Shown here: piece by piece, positions 1-10,152 of the stretch
Layout of the letters: every line of letters starts with the position of its first letter
How positions within the stretch are numbered: position 1 is the stretch's first letter
Assembly: GCA_040901675.1 (NCBI GenBank)
Contig: JBBDYJ010000011.1
Location: forward strand, 64,001 to 128,000
Reading direction: 5' to 3'
Origin: Pirellulales bacterium
GTDB taxonomy: Bacteria > Planctomycetota > Planctomycetia > Pirellulales > JAICIG01
DNA length: 64,000 bases
Program-made: the position numbers and the translations under genes
The notes under the pieces: generated by a model
Database searches by the model: none
Seen by the model: only the letters and a program-made list of their open reading frames with translations
Told to the model about the DNA's origin: nothing

Positions 1-553
1 CGGAGAGCTTGATGCCCAACGGCTTGAGACGCTCACTGAACCAGAACCGTAAATGCGGCCCGGTAAAGACCTTGAGCTCGTCGGTGACCAGGCTGTTGCG
101 GTGCAGCACGTACAGCATGAACGGCACTGTGTAGGCCACCAGCATCAATGGGAAACCGACCCAGAAAGCGGCGGGAAAACTCATCAGCCACAACAGCACC
201 ACGACCGCCATGAAGCTGAAGAAAGCGATCTGGTTCCAGCGCCTGTACTCCAACTTCAATCGCTGACCGTCCTGATTGATCCAGTCCAGCGTGCGGACCC
301 ACAGCAAAAACAGCAGCCAGAACAACGGCAGCTTGAACCAGCTCAGATACAAGCCGCTGCCGTGGGCGAACTCCCCGGGGTAGGTGGGAAAACGCGCCCC
401 CTCCTGGGCCCAGGCCGGTTGTTCGAACAGACACAAGGCCAGCGCGGCGGCCCCAAGCCAAGCGCCCCTGGCCGGCGCGGCGTGGGCCCCCTCGGCAAGG
501 CCGCGTGCCGCCCTGGCACATGCGCCGGCCCGGGCCATCCAATTACGAAGCAT
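1..553 (-). CDS. Membrane-anchored protein, probably the N-terminus of a GspE/PulE-type secretion/pilus ATPase (runs off the window edge)
   Basis: Not in the ORF track. Manual translation gives MLRNWMARAG...GLYLSWFKLPLFWLLFLLWVRTLDWINQD..., with several TM helices and open to position 1. Its ATG overlaps the pilT stop (TAATG). The ATPase domain would lie outside the window, so the product is inferred from context. Confidence 0.6.
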   Translation of the reverse strand, partial: MLRNWMARAGACARAARGLAEGAHAAPARGAWLGAAALALCLFEQPAWAQEGARFPTYPGEFAHGSGLYLSWFKLPLFWLLFLLWVRTLDWINQDGQRLKLEYRRWNQIAFFSFMAVVVLLWLMSFPAAFWVGFPLMLVAYTVPFMLYVLHRNSLVTDELKVFTGPHLRFWFSERLKPLGIKLS

Positions 554-1701
554 TAAAGAATCCCAGGTTGCCTGACCTCGATGCCTTTCAAAGCCATCCT
601 CAACGCTTCGACGTTCGGCGCTACTTCGAAAGCCGTGGCCCGGTCGATCAAGTCGCGGTCGACCAGGCTCTTCAGGCTCATCGTAAAGTCCTGCATCCCC
701 TCTTTGTCGCACATCCGAATCACGTCGGCCAGCTTCTCGTCCGATTCTTCCAGAATCAGCTTGCGGACCGTGGCATTGAAGGTCATGATCTCGACCGTCG
801 GCACTCGCCCCACCCCTTCCTTGATGCAGGGCAGCAGCTTCTGAGCGACGATCCCCCTCATGTTCATGGCAATGGCGCTGCGCAGCGATGAGTGCATGTT
901 GCGCGGGAACAAGTCGAGGATCCGGCCGATCGTGGAGGGCGCGGTGGAGGAATGGATCGTGCCGAACACCAGGTGACCGGTCTCGGCCGCTTGAATCGCC
1001 GTGAGAAACGTTTCCTCGTCCCGCATCTCCCCCACCAGCATCACGTCCGGGTCTTCGCGGACCGCGTGCTTCATGCCAATGCTGAAGTCCTTGACGTCCA
1101 GCCCGATCTCACGCTGGTTGATCAGGCACTTATCCTCCGTGAACACGAACTCGATCGGATCCTCGAGCGTCAGGATGTGCTTCCGATAGTTGTGGTTAAT
1201 CCAATCGAGCATCGACGCGATCGTCGTGCTCTTGCCCGAACCGGTCACGCCGGCCAACAGCACCATCCCCTGGCTCCACTTGCACAGGTCGACCATGCTC
1301 GGCGGCAAGTTCAGCCCTTCGAAATCCGGGATCCATTGATTCACCTTGCGGGCTACCATGCCCACGTGGCCCAATTGCTGCAACAGGTTCACCCGGAACC
1401 GCCACTGCTTGCCGTCCACGTCGACCGTGTGAGAGAAGTCGGTCCCCCCGCACTCCTCGAAAATCCGGCGGGTGCGGTCATTGAGCATCGGAAACGTGAT
1501 GCGAACCATCTCTTCATCGTCGATCGGCGGCCGGCTGAGCGGGCGCAACGTGCCGTTGACCCGTACAATGGGCGCGCGCTCCGCCTTCAAGTGCAGATCG
1601 CTCCCTCCCAACTTCACCAAGGCCCGGAACAACTTGTCGATCTCCAGTTCCTCGCGCTTGTGCACGAACCTTTCCACGATCGCGTCGGGAGCACTGGCCA
1701 T
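553..1701 (-). CDS. pilT: PilT/PilU family type IV pilus retraction ATPase
   Basis: SDLHL, Walker A GVTGSGKST, Asp box TLEDPIEF, Walker B DPDVMLVGEMRD, His box GHLVFGTIH. Confidence 0.93.
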   Translation of the reverse strand: MASAPDAIVERFVHKREELEIDKLFRALVKLGGSDLHLKAERAPIVRVNGTLRPLSRPPIDDEEMVRITFPMLNDRTRRIFEECGGTDFSHTVDVDGKQWRFRVNLLQQLGHVGMVARKVNQWIPDFEGLNLPPSMVDLCKWSQGMVLLAGVTGSGKSTTIASMLDWINHNYRKHILTLEDPIEFVFTEDKCLINQREIGLDVKDFSIGMKHAVREDPDVMLVGEMRDEETFLTAIQAAETGHLVFGTIHSSTAPSTIGRILDLFPRNMHSSLRSAIAMNMRGIVAQKLLPCIKEGVGRVPTVEIMTFNATVRKLILEESDEKLADVIRMCDKEGMQDFTMSLKSLVDRDLIDRATAFEVAPNVEALRMALKGIEVRQPGIL

Positions 1702-1763
1702 GCTTCGATCTTCTCCGGTTGCTTGGGTAGGACTCTCAATCGAGGGGATGGCGCGCCCCCACG

Positions 1764-2537
1764 CTAGGCACTGAGCCGCACGGGAATCCCCCGCTCCGCC
1801 ATCACCCGCTTCGTCTCTTGAATGCTGTACTGGCCAAAATGAAAAATGCTCGCCGCCAAGGCCGCGTCGGCCTTGCCCACCTGGATCGCGTCGGCCAGGT
1901 GCTCGGGGCGACCGGCGCCGCCGCTCGCCACGACCGGAATCGTCACCGCCTGGCTGACCGCGGCCGTCAGCTCCAGGTCGTATCCATTCTGCGTGCCGTC
2001 GGCGTCCATCGATGTCAGCACGATCTCACCGGCCCCCAGACGCTGCACCTCCCGGGCCCACGCCACCGCCTCCAGACCCGTGCCGATCCGCCCCCCGTTC
2101 ACGTGCACCTCCCAAAACTCACGCCCCTCCTTCTGCACCCGCTTCGGGTCGATGTTCACCACAATGCACTGGCTGCCGAAGCGGCGAGCGGCCTCGTACA
2201 CGAAGGCCGGATCGCGCGGGGCCGCCGAATTGATCGATACCTTGTCGCTGCCGGCCTTCAACAGTTCTCGGATGTCGGCCAGGCTGCGGATGCCGCCCCC
2301 CACGCACAGCGGCATGAACACCACCTCCGCGGTGCGACGCACCACGTCCAGCATGATCGAGCGACCCTCGTGGCTGGCCGTGATATCCAGAAATACCAGC
2401 TCGTCGGCACCCTCCGCCTCGTAGCGCGCCGCCACCTCGACGGGATCTCCCGCGTCGCGCAACTGGACAAAATTGGTCCCTTTGACGACCCGCCCCCGAT
2501 CGACGTCCAGGCAAGGGATCACGCGCTTGGCCAGCAT
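1764..2537 (-). CDS. hisF: Imidazole glycerol phosphate synthase cyclase subunit
   Basis: [55 protein letters not shown]. Start reset to the ATG at 2537. Confidence 0.97.
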   Translation of the reverse strand: MLAKRVIPCLDVDRGRVVKGTNFVQLRDAGDPVEVAARYEAEGADELVFLDITASHEGRSIMLDVVRRTAEVVFMPLCVGGGIRSLADIRELLKAGSDKVSINSAAPRDPAFVYEAARRFGSQCIVVNIDPKRVQKEGREFWEVHVNGGRIGTGLEAVAWAREVQRLGAGEIVLTSMDADGTQNGYDLELTAAVSQAVTIPVVASGGAGRPEHLADAIQVGKADAALAASIFHFGQYSIQETKRVMAERGIPVRLSA

Positions 2538-2732
2538 GGATTGCCGTTGAGTGGAAGTGACCGCCTCGCGCCGCCGCGCCAAGTTCGCCCGCTTGAACGT
2601 CCAGACCTGTACTTTAAGCTGCTCGGCAGCGGCGGTCAACGGGCCGGCGCGCCGCCGAAATGGCCTCTGGCAAGCCGACCCGGCGACGTCTCCGCCCGTC
2701 GCCCGGGATGCGCCGCGCTGTTGCACGCCCCG

Positions 2733-4733
2733 CTATTCGCCCAGCGGCACGCCGCCCGATGCCGGCTCCAGCACCCGCCGGCAGTCGGGCAGGCTGTTCA
2801 AGAAAGTCCGCCCATACGCCTTGGTGCGCACGCGGGGATCCAGGATCACCACCGTCCCACGGTCGTGCTGGGTGCGGATCAGCCGGCCAAATCCCTGCTT
2901 CAGCTTCAGCACGGCTTCGGGCAACTGGTACTCGACAAAGGGACTCCCGCCTCGCTCACGGATTGCCTCCAGCCGGGCCTCCAACAGCGGCCGGTCGGGC
3001 ACGGCAAACGGCAGCCGGGTGATGATTACCGTCCGAAGCGCGTCGCCGGGCACGTCGACCCCTTGCCAAAAGCTGTCCGTGCCCAGCAGCACGGCCCGCG
3101 GGTTGGCCTTGAATCGCTCGATCATCTGGCTCCGCGGCAGCCCGTCCGACTGGGCATACAAGGCCAGGCCCTGCTCGGCCAGCCATGGTTCCAGGGCGGC
3201 GGCGGCCGACCGCAGCGACTCGTAACTGGTAAACAGCACGAAGGCGTGGCCCTCGCTCCTGGCCACCCAGCGGCGGATGACCTCGATCGACCGTTGCTCG
3301 AAGCGGGCCCGCTCGCTCGATGGGTCCGGCATGCCCTGCATCAGAACCAGCGTGGCCTGCTCGCGGTAGTTGAACGGGCTGCCCAACGATCGTGCATCGG
3401 CCTGGTCCAGCCCCAATCGCCTCTTCAAGAAGTCAAACGACGCGTTCTCTCCGACCGTCATCGTGGCGCTGGTCAATATCACGCTGGGCACCCGGCCGAA
3501 CAGTTGCTCGCGCAAGGCCGGGCCCACGTCGATCGGTGCACAAGCCAACATCGTCCGCGGCCGCCGGCCCTGCGTGACATCGACCCAATACACGTATCCC
3601 TTCGACTGCTGAGAACACCATTGATGGACCTGATCGGCCAGGCCTTTCAGCCGGTCGTGCGCCGCCTGGAAGTCCTGGCGGTCCTCGGCCTTTTTCAAGC
3701 TCTCGCCATGCCGCTTGAGCGAACCGGCCAGCGCCGCCAGGGCCGGGCTGAGCCGGTTGGCCACGATGTCGGGCTCGTTCACCCGGCCGTTCGAGCGGCC
3801 GGACGCAGCCTGGCGGAGGCGGACCGCCTCGAAGAACTCCTGGGCCTGCTCGCGGCAAATCAGCACCTGTTCTTCCGCCTCACGCTGGCGATGATGAACC
3901 AGCAGGCCCCGGTTGGTCCGGTCGTTGTAGAGTTTGCTCAATAAATAGTCGACCTGGCTGGACGAGACGCTCATGCCCAGGTGTTCGCCCGCCACCGCCT
4001 CGAGGTTGTGGGCCTCGTCGAAGATCACCACGTCGTAGTCGGGCAGTATGCTGGCCCCGTTTTGGCGCAGCGCCAGGTCGCTGAAGAACAGGGCGTGGTT
4101 GACCACCAGAATCTGTGCATTCTGTATTCGCCGCCGGGCGCGATAATAAAAGCACTTGCCGTAGGTCGGACAGTTGCGGCCCATGCAGTTGCCATGTTCG
4201 CTGCGGGCCTCTTCCCACACGCTCGACAGCGGTCGGTGCTCCAGGTCGCTCAGCGAGCCATCGGCCGTGGTACGGCTCCAGCGGTCGAGCCCCCGCAGCT
4301 CGGCAAACTCTTCCGCGTCGCGAAACAAATGCGCGCTCTTGCCGATGGCCCCGGCAAGACGGCGCAGGCTCACGTAGTTGTTGCGCCCCTTGATCAGCAC
4401 CGCCGAAAACTCCAGCGGAATCACCGCGTTCAAAAGCGGGAGATCCTTCTCCATCAGTTGTTCCTGCAGGCTGATCGTGTGGGTCGACACCACCACCCGC
4501 GGCCGCCTCTCCTCGGCTGGACCGCCGGCGGCCGCGTGCAGGATCGCGGGCACCAGGTAGGCAAAGCTCTTGCCGACGCCCGTGCCCGCTTCGACCACCA
4601 GGTGGCGGCGGCCCCGGATAGCGTCGGCCACGGCGCTGGCCATGGCAAGCTGCTCGGGCCGGTGCTCATAATGGCTCAGCCGGGCCGCAATCCGCCCCTG
4701 GGGACCCAGGATTTCTTCGGGTGCCAGCGTCAT
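2733..4733 (-). CDS. dinG: DinG/YoaA family ATP-dependent helicase
   Basis: EAGTGVGKS, Fe-S-type Cys cluster ([12 protein letters not shown]), DEAH box, [21 protein letters not shown]. Confidence 0.92.
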   Translation of the reverse strand: MTLAPEEILGPQGRIAARLSHYEHRPEQLAMASAVADAIRGRRHLVVEAGTGVGKSFAYLVPAILHAAAGGPAEERRPRVVVSTHTISLQEQLMEKDLPLLNAVIPLEFSAVLIKGRNNYVSLRRLAGAIGKSAHLFRDAEEFAELRGLDRWSRTTADGSLSDLEHRPLSSVWEEARSEHGNCMGRNCPTYGKCFYYRARRRIQNAQILVVNHALFFSDLALRQNGASILPDYDVVIFDEAHNLEAVAGEHLGMSVSSSQVDYLLSKLYNDRTNRGLLVHHRQREAEEQVLICREQAQEFFEAVRLRQAASGRSNGRVNEPDIVANRLSPALAALAGSLKRHGESLKKAEDRQDFQAAHDRLKGLADQVHQWCSQQSKGYVYWVDVTQGRRPRTMLACAPIDVGPALREQLFGRVPSVILTSATMTVGENASFDFLKRRLGLDQADARSLGSPFNYREQATLVLMQGMPDPSSERARFEQRSIEVIRRWVARSEGHAFVLFTSYESLRSAAAALEPWLAEQGLALYAQSDGLPRSQMIERFKANPRAVLLGTDSFWQGVDVPGDALRTVIITRLPFAVPDRPLLEARLEAIRERGGSPFVEYQLPEAVLKLKQGFGRLIRTQHDRGTVVILDPRVRTKAYGRTFLNSLPDCRRVLEPASGGVPLGE

Positions 4734-4985
4734 GTCGAACCAAGCAGCGCGGCCCGGTCAATGGAACCGGCCGAACCGAGGCGCGGCCGAAGCGGCCCGG
4801 CGCGGACACCCGCCAGCCTAGCATGGCCCGTCCGCTGCTGATAGCCCGCCAGGCAGCATGGCCGGGAAAGTGTTGGGCGGCCTGATTCGAGCGACCGGGC
4901 TGGAAAACCAAGCCCGTTCGGCTCATGCTGTCAGGCCTGACGCGGTGCCGCGCGGGCCGCGAGTACCTTGCGGGGAGTGACAACG

Positions 4986-5891
4986 ATGTCGATCGAATTC
5001 CGCTGCAATCAATGCGGCAAGCTCCTGCGGACCGCCGACGACACCGCCGGCCAGCCGGCCCAATGCCCGTCGTGTAGTGCCATTCAACCAATTCCGTTTG
5101 GTGCGGCTATCCCGGACGACGGCCTTTACGGTCTCGCCGAGCCACCGCCTTCCATGGGCAGCCCTTTCGCCAGGCCGGCCCAGCCCGGCCCAACACCCTT
5201 CAATTATGGCAATCCCTACGCCTCCCCCATGTCGCCGGCGACCGCCCGCTACGATGAATACTTTGAGGACGGGCCACGCACGGGTCCTCCCTGGGAGCGC
5301 GATGCCCCGTCGGTCCGCTCGTTCATCGCGACCGCCAGGGAGGCATTGGGATCGACCTCGCCGTTTTTTTTCGAGATGCGCCGAGAGGGCGGATTCGGCT
5401 TGCCGCTGGCCTACTCCTTCCTGGGAGGTATGATCGGCGCCCTGGCGCAAGCCTTCCACCCGATCGTCCTGGTCGCGTTGTTGCAGACCCTTCTGCCAAA
5501 CAACTTCCGGCCAGCCGATCCGGCTGAAGCAGCCTGGGGACCGCTGATAACGCTGGCCGCCGCGCCGCTCGTGGTAATCATTTATCCATTTATATTGGCA
5601 GCCATATTGCACGTGATGCTGGCCGTGTTGGGCAGCACCCACTTTCCGTATGAAACCACGTATCGCGTGACCGCCTACAGTACCGGCACGGCCGCGCTGT
5701 TATCGCTGGTTCCATTCTGCGGCAGGCTCATCGAACTCGTGACCGCGATCGTGTTGCTGTCGATCGGGCTCGCCCAGGCCCATGAGGCATCCGGCGGCAA
5801 GGCAGCCGCCGCCGTCTTGTTGCCCTTCGTCGTGTGCGGTGGACTGGCTGTGGCGGTGTTCGTTGTTGCCGGTCTGGCGGCTGGCATGTAA
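4986..5891 (+). CDS. Zinc-ribbon + Yip1-domain membrane protein (paralog 1)
   Basis: N-terminal CNQC...CPSC, Pro-rich linker with NPYASP, PPWER motif, about five TM helices, YETTYRVTAYS. Confidence 0.75.
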   Translation: MSIEFRCNQCGKLLRTADDTAGQPAQCPSCSAIQPIPFGAAIPDDGLYGLAEPPPSMGSPFARPAQPGPTPFNYGNPYASPMSPATARYDEYFEDGPRTGPPWERDAPSVRSFIATAREALGSTSPFFFEMRREGGFGLPLAYSFLGGMIGALAQAFHPIVLVALLQTLLPNNFRPADPAEAAWGPLITLAAAPLVVIIYPFILAAILHVMLAVLGSTHFPYETTYRVTAYSTGTAALLSLVPFCGRLIELVTAIVLLSIGLAQAHEASGGKAAAAVLLPFVVCGGLAVAVFVVAGLAAGM

Positions 5892-5963
5892 CTCGACTCA
5901 GAGACTCACCGAATCAGCCGGTACCGTCTCGCCTTACGTTTCCAGACTTGTAGGAAAAACGTC

Positions 5964-6863
5964 ATGTCGATCGAATTCCGCTGCAATCAATGCGGCAAGC
6001 TCCTGCGGACCGCCGACGAGACGGCGGGCAAGCAGGCCAAGTGCCCCTCCTGTGGCGCCATCCAATCGATTCCCTCTCTGAGCGATCCAGACGGCGGCAG
6101 CTACGATCGCTCCAAGCCACCGCCTCCCGTGGCCAATCCCTTCGCCGCTGCCCACAGCCCGTCGACCGGCTTGGACGCCGACAACCCCTACGCCTCGCCC
6201 ATGTACCCCCAAGCGCCGCACCGCGCGGCGTTCGAGGACTATCCGCGCAGCGGCCCGCCATGGGAACGGGACGGCGCCTCGATCGGTTCGTTCATTGCGA
6301 CGCTGCGGTCGGCCTATGGTTCGATCAACGGGTTTTTTTCCAGCATGCGCCGCGAGGGAGGAATCGGCTGGCCGTTTGGCTTTGCGCTTGCTGGTGCGGC
6401 CGTCGGCTTCATGGGTTTTTGGCTGCTGACTCTTACGCCCATGTTGCTCTTGAGCGACGACGTGGATTCGCCGGCTCCACTGGAGTTCCTGATGGCGTCG
6501 GTCTGCTTGTTCGTCCTGATTCCTTTATGGGTGGTCATGCACACCTTGTGGTGGTCGGGCCTGCTGCACCTGTCGCTGATGCTCGTGGGCGGCGCCCGGG
6601 AGGGATTTGAGACCACGTACCGCGTGGTCGCTTACAGCGTCGGAAGCGTGGCCCCTCTGCTTTTGGTCCCGCTCTGCGGCCTGCACGTTGCGGCGATCGC
6701 GCAGCTCGTTTTTTTTGGGATTGGAGTCACCTACGCACATGAGATCTCAGGCGGCAAAGGCGCTCTGGCCGTCCTGTTGCCGCCGCTCACATGCTGTTGC
6801 GTGACCGGCCTGTTTTATGCCGTGGTGATTGGGTTCATAGGCGCCCTGGCGGCAGCCGGCTGA
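5964..6863 (+). CDS. Zinc-ribbon + Yip1-domain membrane protein (paralog 2, tandem duplicate)
   Basis: Same architecture (CNQC/CPSC, NPYASP, PPWER, FETTYRVVAYS). First 56 nt identical to paralog 1. Confidence 0.75.
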   Translation: MSIEFRCNQCGKLLRTADETAGKQAKCPSCGAIQSIPSLSDPDGGSYDRSKPPPPVANPFAAAHSPSTGLDADNPYASPMYPQAPHRAAFEDYPRSGPPWERDGASIGSFIATLRSAYGSINGFFSSMRREGGIGWPFGFALAGAAVGFMGFWLLTLTPMLLLSDDVDSPAPLEFLMASVCLFVLIPLWVVMHTLWWSGLLHLSLMLVGGAREGFETTYRVVAYSVGSVAPLLLVPLCGLHVAAIAQLVFFGIGVTYAHEISGGKGALAVLLPPLTCCCVTGLFYAVVIGFIGALAAAG

Positions 6864-6903
6864 TAAGCGCAACGGTGGTGAGGACAACCAGGCTGAGCAG
6901 TCT

Positions 6904-7812
6904 TCAGCGCGGTTTCGCGCTGGCCACGACGCCCTCCTCCGGGCTGCTCGCCGTCGCATAGAGCTTGCGCGGAATCCGCCCGGCCAGGTACGCCAGCCGC
7001 CCCGCCTCGATGGCCGCCCGCATCGCCCGGGCCATGCCCAGCGGATCGCGGGCGTGGGCGATGCCCGTGTTCAACAGCACGCCGTCCACGCCCAGCTCCA
7101 TGGCAATCGTGACGTCGCTGGCCGTGCCCACCCCCGCATCCACGATCACCGGGTAATCCGGGTCGTCCTGCTTCAGATATTCCAGGCAGATGCGGATGTT
7201 GTTCGCGTTCAGGATCCCCTGCCCCGAACCGATCGGGCTGCCGGCGGGCATCACGCTGGTGGCGCCCGCCTCTTTGAGCCGCCGCGCGCTGATCGGGTCG
7301 TCGCTGGTGTAGCAGAGCACTTCAAATCCCTCGGCCACCAGTTGCTCGGTGGCCTTCAGCGTCGCCAGCGGATCGGGCAGCAGCGTCTTCGTGTCGGCCA
7401 GCACCTCCAGCTTGACCCAATCGGCCCCGGGATTGTCCAACCCCAGCAGCAGCTCGCGCCCCATCCGCGCCACGCGGACCGCATCGTCGGCGGTGAAGCA
7501 GCCCGCCGTGTTGGGCAAAAGCGTGTACCGCCGCGTGTCGATGTGGTCCAGCAGGTTGTTGCCCTTTGCGTCGTAGAGCCGTTCACGCCGCACTGCCACG
7601 GTAATGCAATCGGTGCCCGACAGCTCCAGGGCTTCGGCCATCAAGCCGTAGCTGGCGTATTTGCCCGTTCCCACGATCAGCCGGCTCGACAGCGTATGGC
7701 GGCCCAGGCGCAATGGGTCGGCCGGCGATCTCGCGCCCGGGCTGCCTGGCTGCTCGGCGGCATGACCCGCCAGGCCCGCCAGCGCTTCCTGCGTTGTTAT
7801 TTGCCCGGACAA
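6904..7812 (-). CDS. thiG: Thiazole synthase
   Basis: [43 protein letters not shown]; adjacent to thiS. Confidence 0.96.
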   Translation of the reverse strand: MSGQITTQEALAGLAGHAAEQPGSPGARSPADPLRLGRHTLSSRLIVGTGKYASYGLMAEALELSGTDCITVAVRRERLYDAKGNNLLDHIDTRRYTLLPNTAGCFTADDAVRVARMGRELLLGLDNPGADWVKLEVLADTKTLLPDPLATLKATEQLVAEGFEVLCYTSDDPISARRLKEAGATSVMPAGSPIGSGQGILNANNIRICLEYLKQDDPDYPVIVDAGVGTASDVTIAMELGVDGVLLNTGIAHARDPLGMARAMRAAIEAGRLAYLAGRIPRKLYATASSPEEGVVASAKPR

Positions 7813-7816
7813 GTAA

Positions 7817-8026
7817 CTAACCTCCTCCCACCAATGTCACCACCTCCAGCCGGTCTCCCTCCGCAAGCCGGCGATGAAGGTGCGCCGCCCGAGGAACCAA
7901 TTCCAGGTTCACCTCGACGGCCACGTACCTCGGCTCCAGGCGCAGCGATTCGAGCAGTTCGGCTACGGTGGTGCCCAAAGCCACCTGGCGCGGCTCCCCA
8001 TTGAGCGTAATCGCCACCTGCGTCAT
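7817..8026 (-). CDS. thiS: Sulfur carrier protein ThiS
   Basis: 69-aa ubiquitin-like protein: ITLNGE...VAVEVN...C-terminal VTLVGGG. Confidence 0.93.
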   Translation of the reverse strand: MTQVAITLNGEPRQVALGTTVAELLESLRLEPRYVAVEVNLELVPRAAHLHRRLAEGDRLEVVTLVGGG

Positions 8027-8541
8027 TCGGTTCGGACGACCGCCGTGCGGAACTGAATCGAGTCCAGCGGCACCAGCGCGCCCTTGACGGGCTGTCCCGA
8101 GTTCGATGCCGCCTTGGACCACGGGACGGCATAGGCCGCTACCTTGCCCCCCGTCAACTCGGCCACGTAAACCACCGACGCCCCAGGCTGGATCTGGCCC
8201 CCGCCTCGCCGGAGCTGGGCCTGACCGGTCACCATCAGGTATTTTGGGTTCTTGGCTACGTCGACGTTGAGTGCAGTGAGGATATTGGTTTGATACAAGG
8301 CGTTGAACTTGCCGTTGATCGGGCTGAGCACGGCCGCCCTCAGGTCGCCGGTCAAAAAGTCGAGGAAAAAAACCGCCTCCATTTCTGCGTCCACCCAGCC
8401 GGTGGCGATGGCGAAGTTCTCCTGGCGGTCGGTGGCCACGGCCTCCAGCGGACGATGGGGCAACAAGCCCGCCGCCACTATTCCGACCACAAACCCCGCG
8501 ACCAGTGCCGCGACCCGGCTCCGCTTGAACGCCTCCACCAT
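8023..8541 (-). CDS. Conserved hypothetical exported protein
   Basis: N-terminal hydrophobic segment, GGGAG upstream of the ATG, stop overlaps the thiS start. Confidence 0.7.
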   Translation of the reverse strand: MVEAFKRSRVAALVAGFVVGIVAAGLLPHRPLEAVATDRQENFAIATGWVDAEMEAVFFLDFLTGDLRAAVLSPINGKFNALYQTNILTALNVDVAKNPKYLMVTGQAQLRRGGGQIQPGASVVYVAELTGGKVAAYAVPWSKAASNSGQPVKGALVPLDSIQFRTAVVRTE

Positions 8542-8704
8542 GGCTGCTCTCCCTATCCGCAAATACCGCCAGTACTTCGCCCGCCGTCAGGCATCGTACC
8601 GCGCGCCGCCGTTGAATACCAGTAATTCTCCAGCCCTACTTGCCGGCCCGGTGCGCCCGGCTTGCCGGTCTCCAGGGAATGCCCATTTTTTGCCGGCGGC
8701 GTAC

Positions 8705-8802
8705 GGTGGCTGGGGCAAAGTCCCGGCGCGCGGCTCGACTGAGCTCGCCGAAGTCCGGGATACCCCAGTTGCGATGTGACAAAGTTATTTTTCGGCCGAT
8801 CC
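8705..8802. mobile_element. Partial copy of the MITE-like element (right end) with an internal insertion
   Basis: GGTGGCTGGGGCAAAG...CCCCAGTTGCGATGTGA.AAAGTTATTTTTCGGCCGATCC matches 25153-25220. No left TIR is visible. Confidence 0.6.
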
Positions 8803-8811
8803 TAATGCAGT

Positions 8812-8836
8812 GTGGTCCACTCGCTCCGCGAGTGGT
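8812..8836. repeat. REP-like palindrome family A (GTGGTCCACTCGCTCCGCGAGTGGT)
   Basis: Identical to two copies at 20876-20930. Hairpin CCACTCGC-TCC-GCGAGTGG. Confidence 0.8.
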
Positions 8837-8950
8837 CGACGCATTTTTTGCTGGCGGCCCGCCGCACTTTTGCTACAAGATAGAGGCATTCGATAGTTCA
8901 TTGACCTAACCGCATCTTGAGACAGTCGCTCTTGCCAGGAGACAAATGAC

Positions 8951-10147
8951 ATGGCCACCAACGGAGCGCTCAATCGAAAACTGCGTCAGGCATTGGTTGG
9001 CGGCGGCCAGGGAGCATTTATCGGCCGCGTGCACTGCACGGCCGCCGTGCTCGACAACCGGGCCGCCCTCGTGGCCGGGGCCTTGTCGAGCAACCCCGAA
9101 CGTGCCCGGGCCTCGGCGCCCGATTACGACATCCCGCCCGAGCGGGCCTATGCCTCGTACCGCGACTTGATCCAAGGCGAGCTCACACTCCCGGCCGACC
9201 AGCGGATCGACTTCGTCTCGATCGCCACGCCCAACCACACCCACTTCGAAATCGCCAAGGCGGCCGTCGAAGCCGGCTTCAATTGCATCTGCGACAAACC
9301 GATGACGTTCGACCTCGACCAGGCCGAAAAGCTGGCCGACGCCGTCGACAAGGCCGGCGTGGTCTTTGCCGTGTCGCACAACTATACCGGCTACCCCCTG
9401 GTCCGGCAGGCCCGCGAGATGGTCCTGGCCGGCGAACTGGGCGAGATCAACGCCATCCGATCCAACTACATCCAGGGTTGGCTGCGCACCAGGCTCGAAT
9501 CCGACGACCAGAAGCAGGCCGCCTGGCGGACCGACCCGGCCAAGAGCGGCGCAGCGGGCTCGTTCGGCGACATCGGCACCCACGCCTACAACCTGGCCCG
9601 TTACATCACCGCCGAGCTGCCCGAATCGGTCAGTTGCCATTTGAAGATCTTCGCCCCCGGCCGCAAGCTGGACGACTACGGGCACGCCGTCATCCGCTTC
9701 GAGAACGGCGCACTGGCCACGGTCACCGCCTCGCAGATCAGCCACGGCCGCGAGAACGACCTGTTTATTGAAGTCGATGGCACCAAGGCCGCCCTGGAGT
9801 GGCACCAGGAAGAGCCCAACAAGCTGCTGGTCCGCCGCAACGGCCAGCCGCTCGCGGTATATAGCCGCAATCCCAACGCACCCTACATGACCCAGGGGGC
9901 GGCCGCGTCCTGCCGTCTGCCGGGCGGCCACCCGGAAGCGTTTTTTGAAGCCTTCGCCAACATCTATCGCGCCGCCTACGACGCCATGGTCCTGCGGGCC
10001 ACGGCCAAGAACTTTGAAAAAGTGAACACCATCTATCCCAACGTCAACGACGGCGTCGAGGGCATGTACTTCATCCAGCAGTGCGTGGCCAGCAGCAAGG
10101 AAAACGGCGCTTGGCTGCCGCTCAAGCATCCGCGTGCACGCAAATAA
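8951..10147 (+). CDS. Gfo/Idh/MocA family oxidoreductase
   Basis: [42 protein letters not shown]. Confidence 0.92.
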   Translation: MATNGALNRKLRQALVGGGQGAFIGRVHCTAAVLDNRAALVAGALSSNPERARASAPDYDIPPERAYASYRDLIQGELTLPADQRIDFVSIATPNHTHFEIAKAAVEAGFNCICDKPMTFDLDQAEKLADAVDKAGVVFAVSHNYTGYPLVRQAREMVLAGELGEINAIRSNYIQGWLRTRLESDDQKQAAWRTDPAKSGAAGSFGDIGTHAYNLARYITAELPESVSCHLKIFAPGRKLDDYGHAVIRFENGALATVTASQISHGRENDLFIEVDGTKAALEWHQEEPNKLLVRRNGQPLAVYSRNPNAPYMTQGAAASCRLPGGHPEAFFEAFANIYRAAYDAMVLRATAKNFEKVNTIYPNVNDGVEGMYFIQQCVASSKENGAWLPLKHPRARK

Positions 10148-10152
10148 AGACC

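Noticed and set aside
1818..3944. Long antisense/alternate-frame ORFs (e.g. 1818-3944+, 26215-28503-, 27369-28487+, 32072-33604-)
   Set aside because: Shadow ORFs typical of high-GC DNA that overlap well-supported genes and have no recognisable motifs.
4986..6019. Diversity-generating retroelement template/variable repeat pair
   Set aside because: The repeats are identical rather than adenine-variable, lie at the 5' end, and no reverse transcriptase is present.
8542..8950. TPP riboswitch upstream of thiS-thiG
   Set aside because: No CTGAGA...ACCTGA core found on the minus strand; the region is occupied by repeats.
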